DNA of 63,904 bases, the filler included, from Folioceros fuciformis (Eukaryota), in assembly GCA_049999805.1 (NCBI GenBank). It is 17 parts of 17 records of this genome, joined end to end, with 100 filler letters (N's around TTAATTAATTAA, not from the genome) between each part and the next. Parts side by side here need not be neighbours in the genome. Positions count along the whole stretch, not along the records: positions 1 to 17,704 come from JBNGIO010000528.1; 16 more parts are not named here. The stretch is one strand, 5' to 3'. The notes below the pieces were generated by a model. It saw only the letters and a program-made list of their open reading frames with translations, was not told the origin of the DNA and made no database searches. Positions 1-12,010 of this stretch are shown here, piece after piece. Made by a program: the position numbers and the translations under genes. Positions within the stretch are counted from its first letter, which is position 1. Every line of letters begins with the position of its first letter.

Positions 1-378
1 CTTCTTGTACCCGATCACCAGGCTCCACCACTCCCGCACCGTGGCCCCCCGCCGTGACCTCTCCGGCCCGGACACCGATCGGAGGAAATTGACGACCGTA
101 TGCTTCTGCAGCTTGCTGAAGCTCCCGTACCAGAGGATGTAAACCTTCACGCCTCCTAGCACTGGTCCACCGTGGTAATCAAGAAGGAGAGGCGCCTTCG
201 GAACCAGCCCCAGGAGCTTACGGCTAACGAATGCATGCCTCGGTCCCGTCACAGCCCCCTTCTCGGGCACCATGTCCCTCGTTCTCAGCAGCCTCCGGCT
301 CTCCGCCGTCGACACGGCCATACTCAGCAGCAGCAGCAGCAGCACCGCACACAGCCCCAGCCTCAGCGCTGCCATCAT
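1..378 (-). CDS. EXORDIUM / phosphate-induced protein 1 (Phi-1)-like secreted protein, 5' part, runs off the window start
   Basis: My translation from ATG at 378: MMAALRLGLCAVLLLLLLSMAVSTAESRRLL...RKLLGLVPKAPLLLDYHGGPVLGGVKVYILWYGSFSKLQKHTVVNFLRSVS...ATVREWWSLVIGYKK. Signal peptide plus the YHxGP-L / IWYG-F / V-xWW motifs of Phi-1/EXORDIUM. Absent from the ORF track because there is no stop in the window. Confidence 0.85.
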   Translation of the reverse strand, partial: MMAALRLGLCAVLLLLLLSMAVSTAESRRLLRTRDMVPEKGAVTGPRHAFVSRKLLGLVPKAPLLLDYHGGPVLGGVKVYILWYGSFSKLQKHTVVNFLRSVSGPERSRRGATVREWWSLVIGYKK

Positions 379-1167
379 GATGCGAAGAATGGACACAGCA
401 TACGGCAATTCCCCGTCCCTGTAGGGGCGTGCAAGCTCTCACAGTCCCGATGAGATTGGTGGAACAACTCCGCAGAATCGCGCACAGCGAGAGGAATGGA
501 ATGAGAGGCAGCGGGAGGAAGATGCAGTTTAATGCAGCGCGAGGCGAGCGAGTCGACTTCAAGAAGAGCGGATCGTGAAGCTTCGCAAAACCAGGTGGAA
601 TGGCCGCCATCGCCGGCTCCGGCCGAGGGGCAAGGGGTTTACGGAATTACAGGACGCAGTATTCGCTGTTGCGATCGCTCGCGATTCGGTGGCGCGTGAC
701 GATTTCCGACCGGCGCTGAAATGATTGCGCCCCGCGCTGGCGTGCGCTGGCATACCACACCCGTCAGGGCAGCAAAACGACAAACGATAACTCACTCACC
801 TTAACGTTGACCTACCGTGAGCCCGTCCCATAACGGCAGCATGCGTAACGTTTCATTCGAGCTTATTTTATAGGGGAACGCGTAGGTGTGTTGTTGGTGG
901 TTAATAGATTCGGCGGCTTCGGGGGTTAGCCCCCTGTTTCCCAGTCAATTTTCCATGTTTTCTTTAAAAAAATAAATAGGAGAGTTTTTACTGCTTTTAT
1001 TCAAGCATCGACAAATAGATGCAAGTGTGTTCACTATACATGCATGCACATGTATGACATGGACAGATGTACGTACCTGGCACGTGTGTGAAGACTCAGA
1101 GCTATGGAGAAATGCAAATGCTCTGTGCACGTACTGTTTGTTGCAACGTTCCCTGGGAAGTGTTGGT

Positions 1168-4017
1168 TCAGGTAACGTTCATTTTAGGGGAACAGCTTTG
1201 GCTCGCGTTTCTGTCCATGGACGGACTGTTTTGTGTGCCAGATTGTGAAACGTGTTGCTCTTCCCTCGTGCTGGGAAGGATATGATGCAGCCGTGCTTCA
1301 CTCCTGGGGTGCGTCTTGTTCCCAGCCAGGAAGGTGTGCACCAGTCCATCCATATCTGTCCACCAGCTTTGGCCCGGCTGCTTCCATGCCCTCAACTTTT
1401 TTCTCCTAGCCTGTATCTCCTGCCCCTGCTCCCACAGCTGGGCAGTGCTGTACAAGCTTGACATCAACACGTATGACGCGGCGTCGTTGTGGTCCAGCAT
1501 CACTGCTTGGTTGAAAGCTTGGAGGCCCACCTCCACATTGCTCCATTTTCGACAAGCACCTAACAGGGTGCGCCAGACTGTGGTGTCAGGTGGTACGGGC
1601 ATTGTTGTTGCTAGGGTTAGTGCGTCGTCCAGTTGACCGGCACGGCCCAGGAGATCCACCATGCAGGTGTAGTGCTCCACTGCAGGGGTGATACCGTGGT
1701 GATGCTTCATTGCCTCGAAGTACTGTTGTCCCTTGCTGACCTCACCTGTGTGACTGCAGACTGATAGTATGGCGAGGAATGTGATGGCATCTGGATGTGT
1801 GCCATCCCCTTGCATTTCGAGAACCAAGTCAAAGACCTGGTCGCTGGCTCCTTGGTGACTGTATCCTGCGATTAGTGCATTCCAAGCGGAAGAGTCTCGT
1901 TTGGGCAACGCATCAAACACCTGCTGCGCATCGGCCATGCTCCCACACCTTCCATACATGCTTATCAAACTGACAGCCACGGACACATCAGCTTGAACCT
2001 CCTGTGCCTCAATCTGGGAATGTAGCTGCCTTCCCAGCTGCAAAGCTGCAACATTTGCACATGCTTGCAGGAGACAGACAAAGGTCATGGAATTGGGTAC
2101 AGCGATGCCTTCGTCTTGCATAGCACTGTATAGACGAATGGCTTCCTGTCCCATGCACTGCTGGGAATAGCCGGCAATTAGAGCCGTCCATGTTACTACA
2201 TCCTTCTGACCGAGTTGGTCAAACACTCGTCGAGCATCGTCCAAGCTGCCGCACTTTGCATACATGTTCACCAGACTGCTGGCCACGAAGACATCAGATT
2301 GATATCCTAGTTTCCTGATTTGTGCATGGAGACGCTTTCCCGTCTCCAAAGCTGAGGTGCCCACACTTGCACAAGCCTGCAGAATGCACACGCTTGTCAC
2401 GGAATCGGGTATGGAGGTGCCTTCTTCTTGCATCGCACTGTAAAGAGCAAGGGCTTCTCGCCCCCTGCCCTGCCGGGAATATCCTCCGATGAGCGCAGTC
2501 CACGTAACTGCATCTTTATGAGCAAGCCCGTCAAACACCCTTTGAGCGTCTTCCAAGCTGCCACACTTAGCGTACATGTTCACCAAACCGTTGGCTACAA
2601 ACACATCAGCTTGCTCTCCTCGTTCCCTAATTTGGGTGTGAATCTGTCTCCCTCTCTCCAAAACCGGGTTGCCCAAACTTGCACATGCTTGAAGAAGGCA
2701 CACAAATGTCACGGAATTGGGGACAGCAATGCCTTCTTCTTGCATTGCACTGTACAGACGAAGAGCTTCCTGTCCCCTGCCCTGCTGAGAAAATCCCGCA
2801 ATCAAAGCAGTCCACGACACCACATCTTTTTGACGAAGGCCCTGAAAGACCATCTCAGCGTCTTCTAGGCTGCCACACTTTGCATACATGCTTACCAGAC
2901 TATTGGCTACAAACACATCAGCTTGGTACCCTCGGTCTCTGATTTGTGCATGGAGCTCCTTCCCCCTCCCCAACGCCAGGGTGCCCACACTTGCACAAGC
3001 CTGAAGGAGGCACACAAATGTCACAGCATTGGGTACAGCCATGCCTTCGTCTAGCATGTCACTGTAAAGACAAAGAGCTTCCTGCCCTCTGCCCTGCTGG
3101 GAATACCCTGCTATTATGGCATTCCATGTCACCACATCCTTTTGGCCAAGTCCCTCGAACACCCGGTGAGCCCCTTCCAAGTTGCCACACTTTGCATACA
3201 TGTCCACCAAGCAACTACAAACGAACAAATCAGGCTCGACGCCAGAAGCCATCACATCAGCATGCACCTCCTGCCCAGCTATCAAGTCTGCTGCTCTTGC
3301 ACAAGCCTGAAGTGCTGCCACAAAGACGTGGCCATCTGCCTTCACACTTGACATGCGCATCCGATGATACAGCTCTATGGCCTCCCTATCCTGCCCCTGT
3401 TGAACATGCGCAGAAATTATGGAAGACCACATGAAGGCATCCGGGTTGCCAACTACGGTGAACACATCCATCGCGTCTTGCAACCTGCCATGAGACGCAT
3501 ACATTCGCAGGATATGATTGCACAGGAAAGTGTCCGACTGGTATCCCTGTCTTACGGTGAGAGCATGGACCCGACGACCCAGCACAAAATCCTTCTTACC
3601 CACGCAACTCTTCAGCACATAGTAGAAAAGAGCAGTGGGAATGCAACAGTCAGTCTGCACCAGAACTCCTAGTGCCTCAACAGCCTCAGTCACATGACCC
3701 CGATGACAGAGCTGGCTCACGGTTTCAGCCGTCACGCCCGTGTGCCATCCAGTGGGTCTGCGAGGGCGAGGGTCACCCGACAAGCTCCAGTCGACTTCAC
3801 GAGGGCCCATCTCCTGGAACTCCTCATGCTGGAGTCTGATGTCACATTCTCTGGGACGGCCTGGGTCTCTTGCGTCGGTGATGCAACTAGTGGCTTCCTT
3901 GGTTGCCAATTCCTGCTTCCTTGACGACAGGCTAGTGGGAGCTCTTCTAGGCAATCCGTCACACTTTGCTGGGTCCAGGGATGCGATCCCCACAAGCAGT
4001 CCTGCTGCCCTCGGCAT
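1168..4017 (-). CDS. PLS-class PPR protein with E1/E2 and truncated WW-type E+ (organellar RNA-editing specificity factor)
   Basis: Intronless 949-aa ORF. Repeated P-L-S triplets (DVVTWxAxIAGYSQQG / VTFVCLLQACAS / VFVANSLVxMYAKCGSL), then HYTCMVDLLGRAG, WRTLLGAC and KQPGQSWWTD. No HxE/CxxC deaminase motifs. Confidence 0.93.
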   Translation of the reverse strand: MPRAAGLLVGIASLDPAKCDGLPRRAPTSLSSRKQELATKEATSCITDARDPGRPRECDIRLQHEEFQEMGPREVDWSLSGDPRPRRPTGWHTGVTAETVSQLCHRGHVTEAVEALGVLVQTDCCIPTALFYYVLKSCVGKKDFVLGRRVHALTVRQGYQSDTFLCNHILRMYASHGRLQDAMDVFTVVGNPDAFMWSSIISAHVQQGQDREAIELYHRMRMSSVKADGHVFVAALQACARAADLIAGQEVHADVMASGVEPDLFVCSCLVDMYAKCGNLEGAHRVFEGLGQKDVVTWNAIIAGYSQQGRGQEALCLYSDMLDEGMAVPNAVTFVCLLQACASVGTLALGRGKELHAQIRDRGYQADVFVANSLVSMYAKCGSLEDAEMVFQGLRQKDVVSWTALIAGFSQQGRGQEALRLYSAMQEEGIAVPNSVTFVCLLQACASLGNPVLERGRQIHTQIRERGEQADVFVANGLVNMYAKCGSLEDAQRVFDGLAHKDAVTWTALIGGYSRQGRGREALALYSAMQEEGTSIPDSVTSVCILQACASVGTSALETGKRLHAQIRKLGYQSDVFVASSLVNMYAKCGSLDDARRVFDQLGQKDVVTWTALIAGYSQQCMGQEAIRLYSAMQDEGIAVPNSMTFVCLLQACANVAALQLGRQLHSQIEAQEVQADVSVAVSLISMYGRCGSMADAQQVFDALPKRDSSAWNALIAGYSHQGASDQVFDLVLEMQGDGTHPDAITFLAILSVCSHTGEVSKGQQYFEAMKHHHGITPAVEHYTCMVDLLGRAGQLDDALTLATTMPVPPDTTVWRTLLGACRKWSNVEVGLQAFNQAVMLDHNDAASYVLMSSLYSTAQLWEQGQEIQARRKKLRAWKQPGQSWWTDMDGLVHTFLAGNKTHPRSEARLHHILPSTREEQHVSQSGTQNSPSMDRNASQSCSPKMNVT

Positions 4018-4336
4018 GACTCAATTCCCATGCTCCACACAACCATAGCTACATGAAAGTGAGCCAACGACAACTACACATTCTGGGCACTGGCCACACA
4101 GCTTTCCTTCAAGCTATGCATCCATACATGCTCGGCAGGCCTGACGGTCATCACTGTGGTAAAATACGAATTATGGGATGACGAATAAACTAAGATGATT
4201 TTTTGCATAGTGTGCCTCAAGTATAAAGCCCAGAGGCCAGTCCCAGCGTTGGAGGCGAGGGAGGACAGTGTTGACCGGGACAGCCTCCTCTGCTGCAGCT
4301 GGTCCAAGGAAAAGGAGTCTCTGATACTCGCTGGCC

Positions 4337-5539
4337 ATGACGGCAGGCAAAGAAGAAGGCGGTAGCGGCGAACACCGTGTGGAGGTGCCGTCCTACTACG
4401 GCACCTTTCAGGATCAGCCCCACTTTCCGCAGCCAGTGCCACCAGGCCAGCATACCAAGGGCCAAGGTTGGTTGCTGCATCCTATCTCCAAGATCCCCAC
4501 GAGGCAGATGACATGGAATGAGTCGTGTCCGCTGTACCTGATGAGCTGTGCTTTATGCCGCTTTTCAGCAGCGTTGAGGATAGTGTTTGTCAGCACTGTC
4601 GATTTTGACGGAAGTATAGCAGACTCTAGCAGCTCTTAGTCCTCGTTGCAGCTGGAGATCTAGGGAGATAGCCTCTCAAGCTTGTTGACGTTCCAAACTG
4701 GATGGCCATGACGGCAGGTCAAGGCGGAAGCGGAGATTACTACGGGACCTTTCAGGATCAGCCCCACTTTCCTCAACCGGTCCCGCCCAGCCAGCAGCCT
4801 CACTACCCCTACCATTCGCATCAGCGTGGTGGTGGCTACCACCAAGTTCCAGGTTGTTGCCCGCACCCATTCCTCAGCAGGAAAGGCATATATCCCTCTG
4901 CTCAGCCTGGATGTGCTAGGTCTCCTTTTTTTATTTCTTCTAACATATGCTCTCCAAGCTATGCTCAGATGTGTGGTTGGGGATGGAAACGTGTGCTCTT
5001 GGAAGCGTGTGGTGAGCCTCAGCTGACTAGAGTGCGTTGCAGGCTATCCGTCTGGCGACTTTGGGGAGTATGTACAGGAGAATCCGCTTCCCTTCTGTGG
5101 TCTGGGATTCGGTTGGTTTTTGTAAGGCTTCATCCACCCCACTGGTTGTCACTGAGTTGCACAGAGATTTCTTTCGGCTTTGTTTGGTGTTCCCTGTTCC
5201 CTGTGAGTGTGAAATTTTCCACTCACATGTCTGTGTATCCCTCTCACGCCTGGATTTGTGGTCTTCCAAGGTTCATTCTCGGCTTCTTCTGCGTCATTCC
5301 TTGGTACATAGGAGCTTTCATCCACTGTTGCCTGCAGCATGATTACCGAGAAAAGAATGGGCTTCTGGCATGCGTTATTATCGTAAGTTTATCCATGTTT
5401 AACTTACCCTCTGGGACCAAACGTTGGACTCGGGACTATGCTTGACAACTTCAACAACTCTGGGGTTTTGCTTGATGCGCAGGCTGTGATCTTCACGTTT
5501 TTCGGGCCAGGTCTGAGTAAGGCCTTAGACATGTGGTGA
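4337..5539 (+). CDS. Small plant membrane protein of the so-called '60S ribosomal protein L18a-like' family; two candidate first exons (4337-4466 or 4702-4852) plus exons 5043-5121, 5271-5382, 5483-5539
   Basis: Spliced at GT-AG sites: YYGTFQ...PQPVPP...G|YPSGDFGEYVQENPLPFCGLGFGWFL|FILGFFCVIPWYIGAFIHCCLQHDYREKNGLLACVII|AVIFTFFGPGLSKALDMW*. The LPxCGxGxGWFLFxxGF, PWYxGA and DYREK motifs match this family from memory. Confidence 0.8.
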
Positions 5540-6195
5540 GGTCGCCTTCGCCGCACTACTTAACTGATTGTGTTTTTAGTGTAACCCGCCGCCATTGTAA
5601 GGCCGGTTCCAAGTGCTATGAATTTGAACCAGGTCGATTGAAGCAGGCTGATGCAAGCAGGTTGTTGGTTTGATTGAACTTTGCTAGGGTGCCTCACCTT
5701 TGCAATTTGCATGTATGTTGGTAATCGATAAATAAGGAGCAACGTCCCAGGTGTTGCAGGCTTATGTACAGTGAGTGTGTGGGGACGGCCTACCCAGGCT
5801 GTGTCCATGGTCACCACAGAACACAATTTGTACATAGATATACACGTTTGGATGCGTTGGGTTTAGGGCCGTTGCGCCGCATCCTCTGAAATCGGAACAA
5901 AAGAGAGGTCCTGGAATCCCTCCTTCCACCTCTTAATTTTGAACCTTGGGTTGTTGACCTCGAGTGCATCGAGCGAGATGTCTCGGAATCGTTCAACCTG
6001 CTGGCTATATATGTAATCCGCTCTACCTCATTTTATGTATTACGACATACATATTGGACGTTATTTATGTTAGCTAATACTCGACGAGCCTTTCCACTTT
6101 CAATCATTGGCCAAACTCGTAGACCCCGCTTGAGGCGCACACAGTCGACGCTGTGTCGATCGAGGATAAAAGTTTCAGTAACTTCGGAGACGTAA

Positions 6196-6852
6196 ATGGG
6201 TCGACCAGTGTGTGAAAGATGCAGCAGACCTCAGTCTGCTTGCCTGTGCGATGAGCTCCCGCGGGAGCCGGTGCAGACTGTGACTCAGGTGGTGGTGCTC
6301 CAGCATCCGCACGAGCAGCGGCACAAGCTATCCACGGCGCCTTTCCTGCCGGCCTGCCTCGCCCGCTGCCACCTCCTGGTCGGCCGCCGGTTTGCTCCAG
6401 GGCTGCTACCTCTACTCGACGCTCTGGCTGAGACGGCAGCTGCCACACGGCCTCATGTGCTACTGCTCTTTCCGTCACCAGATGCCGCCGACCTGCAACA
6501 ATGGAACATCGTCAACAGCAGCAGCAGCGGCAACCGCGACGTCGTATTGCTGCTGGTCGACGGGACTTGGAAACATGCCAAGGAGATGATCAGGGCCAGC
6601 ATGCCGTTCCTGGCCAGCTTCGTGATTCCAGTCTGCTTTCCTCACGACGTCCGCAAGCAAGGGCTCGGCAAGGGAGAAGAACTAATTTTGAGGAAGGAGC
6701 CGTACGCTGGTTGCATCAGCACCCTGGAGGCTGTGGCGCGGGCCCTGGCATTCTTGGAGCCTAATGGTCCGGAAATTCAGGACAAGATGTTGGCGGTCTT
6801 GCGCAAAATGGTTGATATTCAAGCAAGTTATATCCCTCGGCGGCATCACTGA
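6196..6852 (+). CDS. DTWD2: DTW-domain tRNA-uridine aminocarboxypropyltransferase (DTWD2/TapT-like)
   Basis: Intronless 218 aa. N-terminal CxxCxxP..CxC, LQHPHE, LLFPS, DGTW, LRKEP and STLEA motifs. Confidence 0.88.
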   Translation: MGRPVCERCSRPQSACLCDELPREPVQTVTQVVVLQHPHEQRHKLSTAPFLPACLARCHLLVGRRFAPGLLPLLDALAETAAATRPHVLLLFPSPDAADLQQWNIVNSSSSGNRDVVLLLVDGTWKHAKEMIRASMPFLASFVIPVCFPHDVRKQGLGKGEELILRKEPYAGCISTLEAVARALAFLEPNGPEIQDKMLAVLRKMVDIQASYIPRRHH

Positions 6853-6922
6853 TAGTAAAACCTTGCGGCATCGCTGATTGTAAAACCTTGCGACATCGCT
6901 GATTGTAAAACCTTACGGCATC
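6841..6922. repeat. 25-bp tandem repeat (~3.3 copies) overlapping the DTW stop codon
   Basis: cggcatcactgatagtaaaaccttg / cggcatcgctgattgtaaaaccttg / cgacatcgctgattgtaaaacctta / cggcatc. Confidence 0.9.
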
Positions 6923-6961
6923 CACGTGACGGTACGTTTCTTGGATGACCACTTTATCCAT

Positions 6962-9539
6962 CTATCCTAAGAGCTGCTGCAGTTGATCGATATCGTTCAG
7001 CAGAATGAGACTGCCATCGGCATCCACGTCTATTATCGCAGAGTCGCCTTCTTTGATCTGGCCTGCCAGCATCCTCTCTGCGACGCCGTCTTCCAGGACT
7101 CTCATGATTGCTCGTCTTAGTGACCTGGCACCATAGCTGGCGCTGTAACCTTCCTCTACAATATAGTCACGAAACCTTTCTGTTACTCGTAGTCCGATTC
7201 CCATCTTCTGTAGGCGGTCGAATACGTCTTTAAGCATAATGTCCGCGATTTCCTTTGCTTCGCATTTCGTGAGCTGCTTGAATACGATGATCTCATCCAG
7301 CCTGTTCAGGAACTCTGGCCTGAAGTGGTGCTTCAGCTCCACGTCCACCAAGCTCTTCATTTTGGTGTAACTGTGGCCCGCAGCCCTCTCAATCACAGTG
7401 CTGCCAAGGTTGGAGGTCATAATTTGGAGAGTGTTTTTGAAGTCCACGGTCCTACCTTGGCTGTCTGTAAGCCTCCCATCGTCCAAAATCTGAAGCATCA
7501 TGTTGAAAACATCAGGATGAGCTTTTTCAACCTCATCGAATAGCACCACTGTATAAGGACGCCGGCGAACTGCCTCCGTTAGCTGACCACCATCACCATA
7601 TCCAGCATATCCCGGCGGTGATCCAATCAGCTTCGACACTGCGTGCTTCTCCATATACTCGCTCATGTCCAGCCTTATCATGGCATCCTCAGAACCAAAG
7701 TAATAGGATGCAAGAGCTTTAGCCAACTCCGACTTACCTACACCTGTTGGGCCACAAAAGATAAAACTAGCAATTGGGCGCTTTGGGTTCTTCAATCCCA
7801 CACGAGCTCGGCGGATAGCACGGCTAATTGCCTTCACAGCTTCATCTTGACCAATCACACGCTGGTGCAAAGTCTCCTCCATCTTGAGGAGCCTGTCCGA
7901 CTCATCTGAGGAGACCTTGTCGACTGGAATGCCGGTACAGGCACTTAATATTTGCTGAATATCACTCTCCGTCACCACGGGTCCAATTTCAGCAGCATCT
8001 GGATCTGCCGACTTCTCACTCCTTGCTTCAGTCATGGAACCAATTTGTGCTATCATCTTTATCTCCCAATCCCGCAACTCTCCAGCCTGCAAAATGGAGA
8101 AATATCTCATGAATAAGCTTGAAACAACCAGCTACCATCATCATCGCGCACAACCTTGTGAAGCACATGATACGTTTACACACCTTCCAAAAGTCTTGGT
8201 CTCGTACTGCTTCATTTTTATCCTTCACTATTAGCTTCAACATCTTGTCACGCTCCTTGGCCTCTTCAGGGAGCTGAACATACCAAGCAGTTCGAGGAAC
8301 AAGTTAGGCTAAGCTTGGATGAATCCTTTGCTTCAGTTACCCTGTAAAAGGAAATCATCAGCAAACATTCACCTGAGAAAACCGTAGGCGTACACGGGAA
8401 CCAGCTTCATCCATGAGATCAATAGCCTTGTCAGGCAAACATCTTTCACTGTCAACAGGCAAGAGCAGGCAGTCAGTGCAAACGCTCCCAAGGACAACAC
8501 ACTGATAGGACGGACAAGACTGATAAGACGAACCTGATATACTGATAAGAAAGTTGTGCTGCAGCTCCGAGCGCTCCATCAGTGTACCGCACCTTGTGAT
8601 GAATTTCATAGCGCGGTCGCAAGGCATGCAAGATCAGAATGGTTTCTGGAACCGAAGGCTCTGGCACTTGAACTGGCTGGAAACGCCGCTCCAATGCAGG
8701 ATCTTTCTCGATGTACTTCCTGTACTCATCCATAGTTGTAGCACCAATACACTGCAAAGCAAACGCTCACAATGCAAACCAGGTCTGAAAGGTCAGTATT
8801 TGTGTGAGAGAAATATACAGGATAAGTGTTCAACACGATGATCAGTGTGCCGTACTTGGAGGTCACCACGAGCAAGTGCTGGCTTCAAAATGTTTGCAGC
8901 GTCCATGGACCCTTCGGCTGACCCAGCTCCAACCAGGGTATGAACCTCGTCGATGACCAGAATGATATTGCCGGCGTGCCTAATTTCCTCAATGAGTTTC
9001 TTAAGCCTTTCCTCAAATTCACCTCGGTATGTCGTGCCAGCAACCAGCAGCCCCATGTCCAAACTCACGACCTGCAATGAAGACAATGATGAAGGCCGAC
9101 ATGCCCAACAAAAGGACCAACACAACAGCCAACGTGGACCAGTCGTACCCTTTTGCCCTCAATAGTCTCTGGCACATCCCCAGCTACTATTCGCTGGGCA
9201 AGGCCTTCAGCAATTGCTGTCTTTCCCACTCCAGGCTCTCCAACTAGACAGGGATTGTTTTTCCGTCTCCGGCTAAGAATTTGAGTAACCCTTTCAATCT
9301 CTGTTTGCCTTCCAACCACTGGATCAAGCTTACCCTGTTCGACATGCGAGCATGGTCAGAAGCCAGACAATTACAACCTTCAGCCAACAGGTCAGACCAA
9401 AGCCCCAGAAGAAAGGGAAAGAGACAAACATCTTCTGCAAGCTTGGTCAGGTTAGTTCCGCACTGCTCAAGGGTTGAAACAGGCGGTGCAGCTTCACGAA
9501 CAGACCAGTAATTCGCCCACTGCCGACAGTTGGGATGAC
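6962..9539 (-). CDS. clpC: ClpC-like HSP100 AAA+ chaperone, atypical (no IGF loop, no recognisable Clp_N domain); exons 9539-9430, 9334-9149, 9071-8856, 8751-8534, 8448-8373, 8273-8184, 8086-6962; true start unresolved
   Basis: GT-AG splicing gives [32 protein letters not shown]..|..IDEVH..|CIGATT..ALERRF..|[17 protein letters not shown]-like M domain|[30 protein letters not shown]. Closely follows plastid ClpC sequence. Confidence 0.85.
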
Positions 9540-9899
9540 CTGCCACAGGATCCAAGTAACAGAAGTCATGTCCGGCCAGATGGTGGGCACAGCCAGGTTA
9601 ATGAGACAGGGAGACGTCTGTGGAAACTTACGCTTAAATCCTGACTCCTCAGCGCTATCATGGGCCAGCCCAGAAGACGAGCAAGAGGCATTTGAGAAGC
9701 CCATGACTTGATTGCCAAGATTAACGTTTCCATCTGACAAGCACGCTAGCGCTGCTCTCTTGGAAACTTTGCAACCTTGACGCTCTGCGTATTGAGAATT
9801 CACAAGCCTCGCCAACAGCCCGGGCGAACGCATCCTTCCTCCCATGTTATCACTCAAGGTGGATGTCCTCTCAGGGGCATAGTAGACCCCGATGGGTGT

Positions 9900-10145
9900 T
9901 TCACTATCACCAGTCAACAACCGCAGCTTCAACAAAATTCGTGAATTCGCAACATCGCGAATCCCCTCTTCTCAGATGTCCCCATTTCGGTACGATCTCA
10001 AGTGGTGAAGCAAGCTCATAGATGTTGGCAGGCGCATTCACATCCTCATGCGATGTCGTTCGAGGTTTAGGGGTTTGGGTTTTGGTTGCTCGACGCCCTA
10101 ACCATAAAAATCTAACACAAACACGATGACACAGGGATACAGCAA
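9900..10145. repeat. Diverged local duplicate of the panC 5' / PPR promoter segment (~12020-12290)
   Basis: Colinear shared blocks: cttcaa..gtgaa..gcga(a/t)tcccctc..acgatctcaa(g/c)tggt..tcctcatg..tcg(a/g)ggtttaggggtttgggttt..gccctaa..acgatg..acagggat. Confidence 0.7.
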
Positions 10146-10597
10146 ATACCGACGAAGCTTATACTGATCCGGGCCGCCTGCCGTGACGCAGAGGCATACA
10201 AGTGAAGAATTGTTTCTACCCAAGGAATTCCATCAACATTTCAGTGGTATGTCTACCTTGATCGTTACGACAGTCAAAACATCCAGCAGTCCCCAGACTA
10301 GAGCACGGTTCATTCACGCGGCATAGTCCATTCCTCATACAACGAAGAAATTGATCATTAATGAGGCTCCCACAGTTTGCACACATCTTTTCCAGAAGCA
10401 GCAGGTTGTGTTTGGCACGAAGTGTTCCACTCAGTAACCCAGGCCAGCTCTCGGGACAGGACCCATGATGTCTCCAAATCCAGGAATCCTGGGAATGGCT
10501 CTATTCCTCTACCCAACATGGATATTACCAAGTGTGGCCATCCCGCAGAGGCTGGCAGCTTATTATTCGTCTCGCCATGCAAGCTACAGCTTTCAGC

Positions 10598-12010
<1,413 letters not shown>

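Noticed and set aside
172-610. Tracked ORFs 172-453 (poly-Gln) and 224-610
   Set aside because: Antisense and off-frame shadows of the EXORDIUM-like gene.
4702-5445. 247-aa single-exon protein
   Set aside because: It reads through introns; the family motifs assemble only after splicing.
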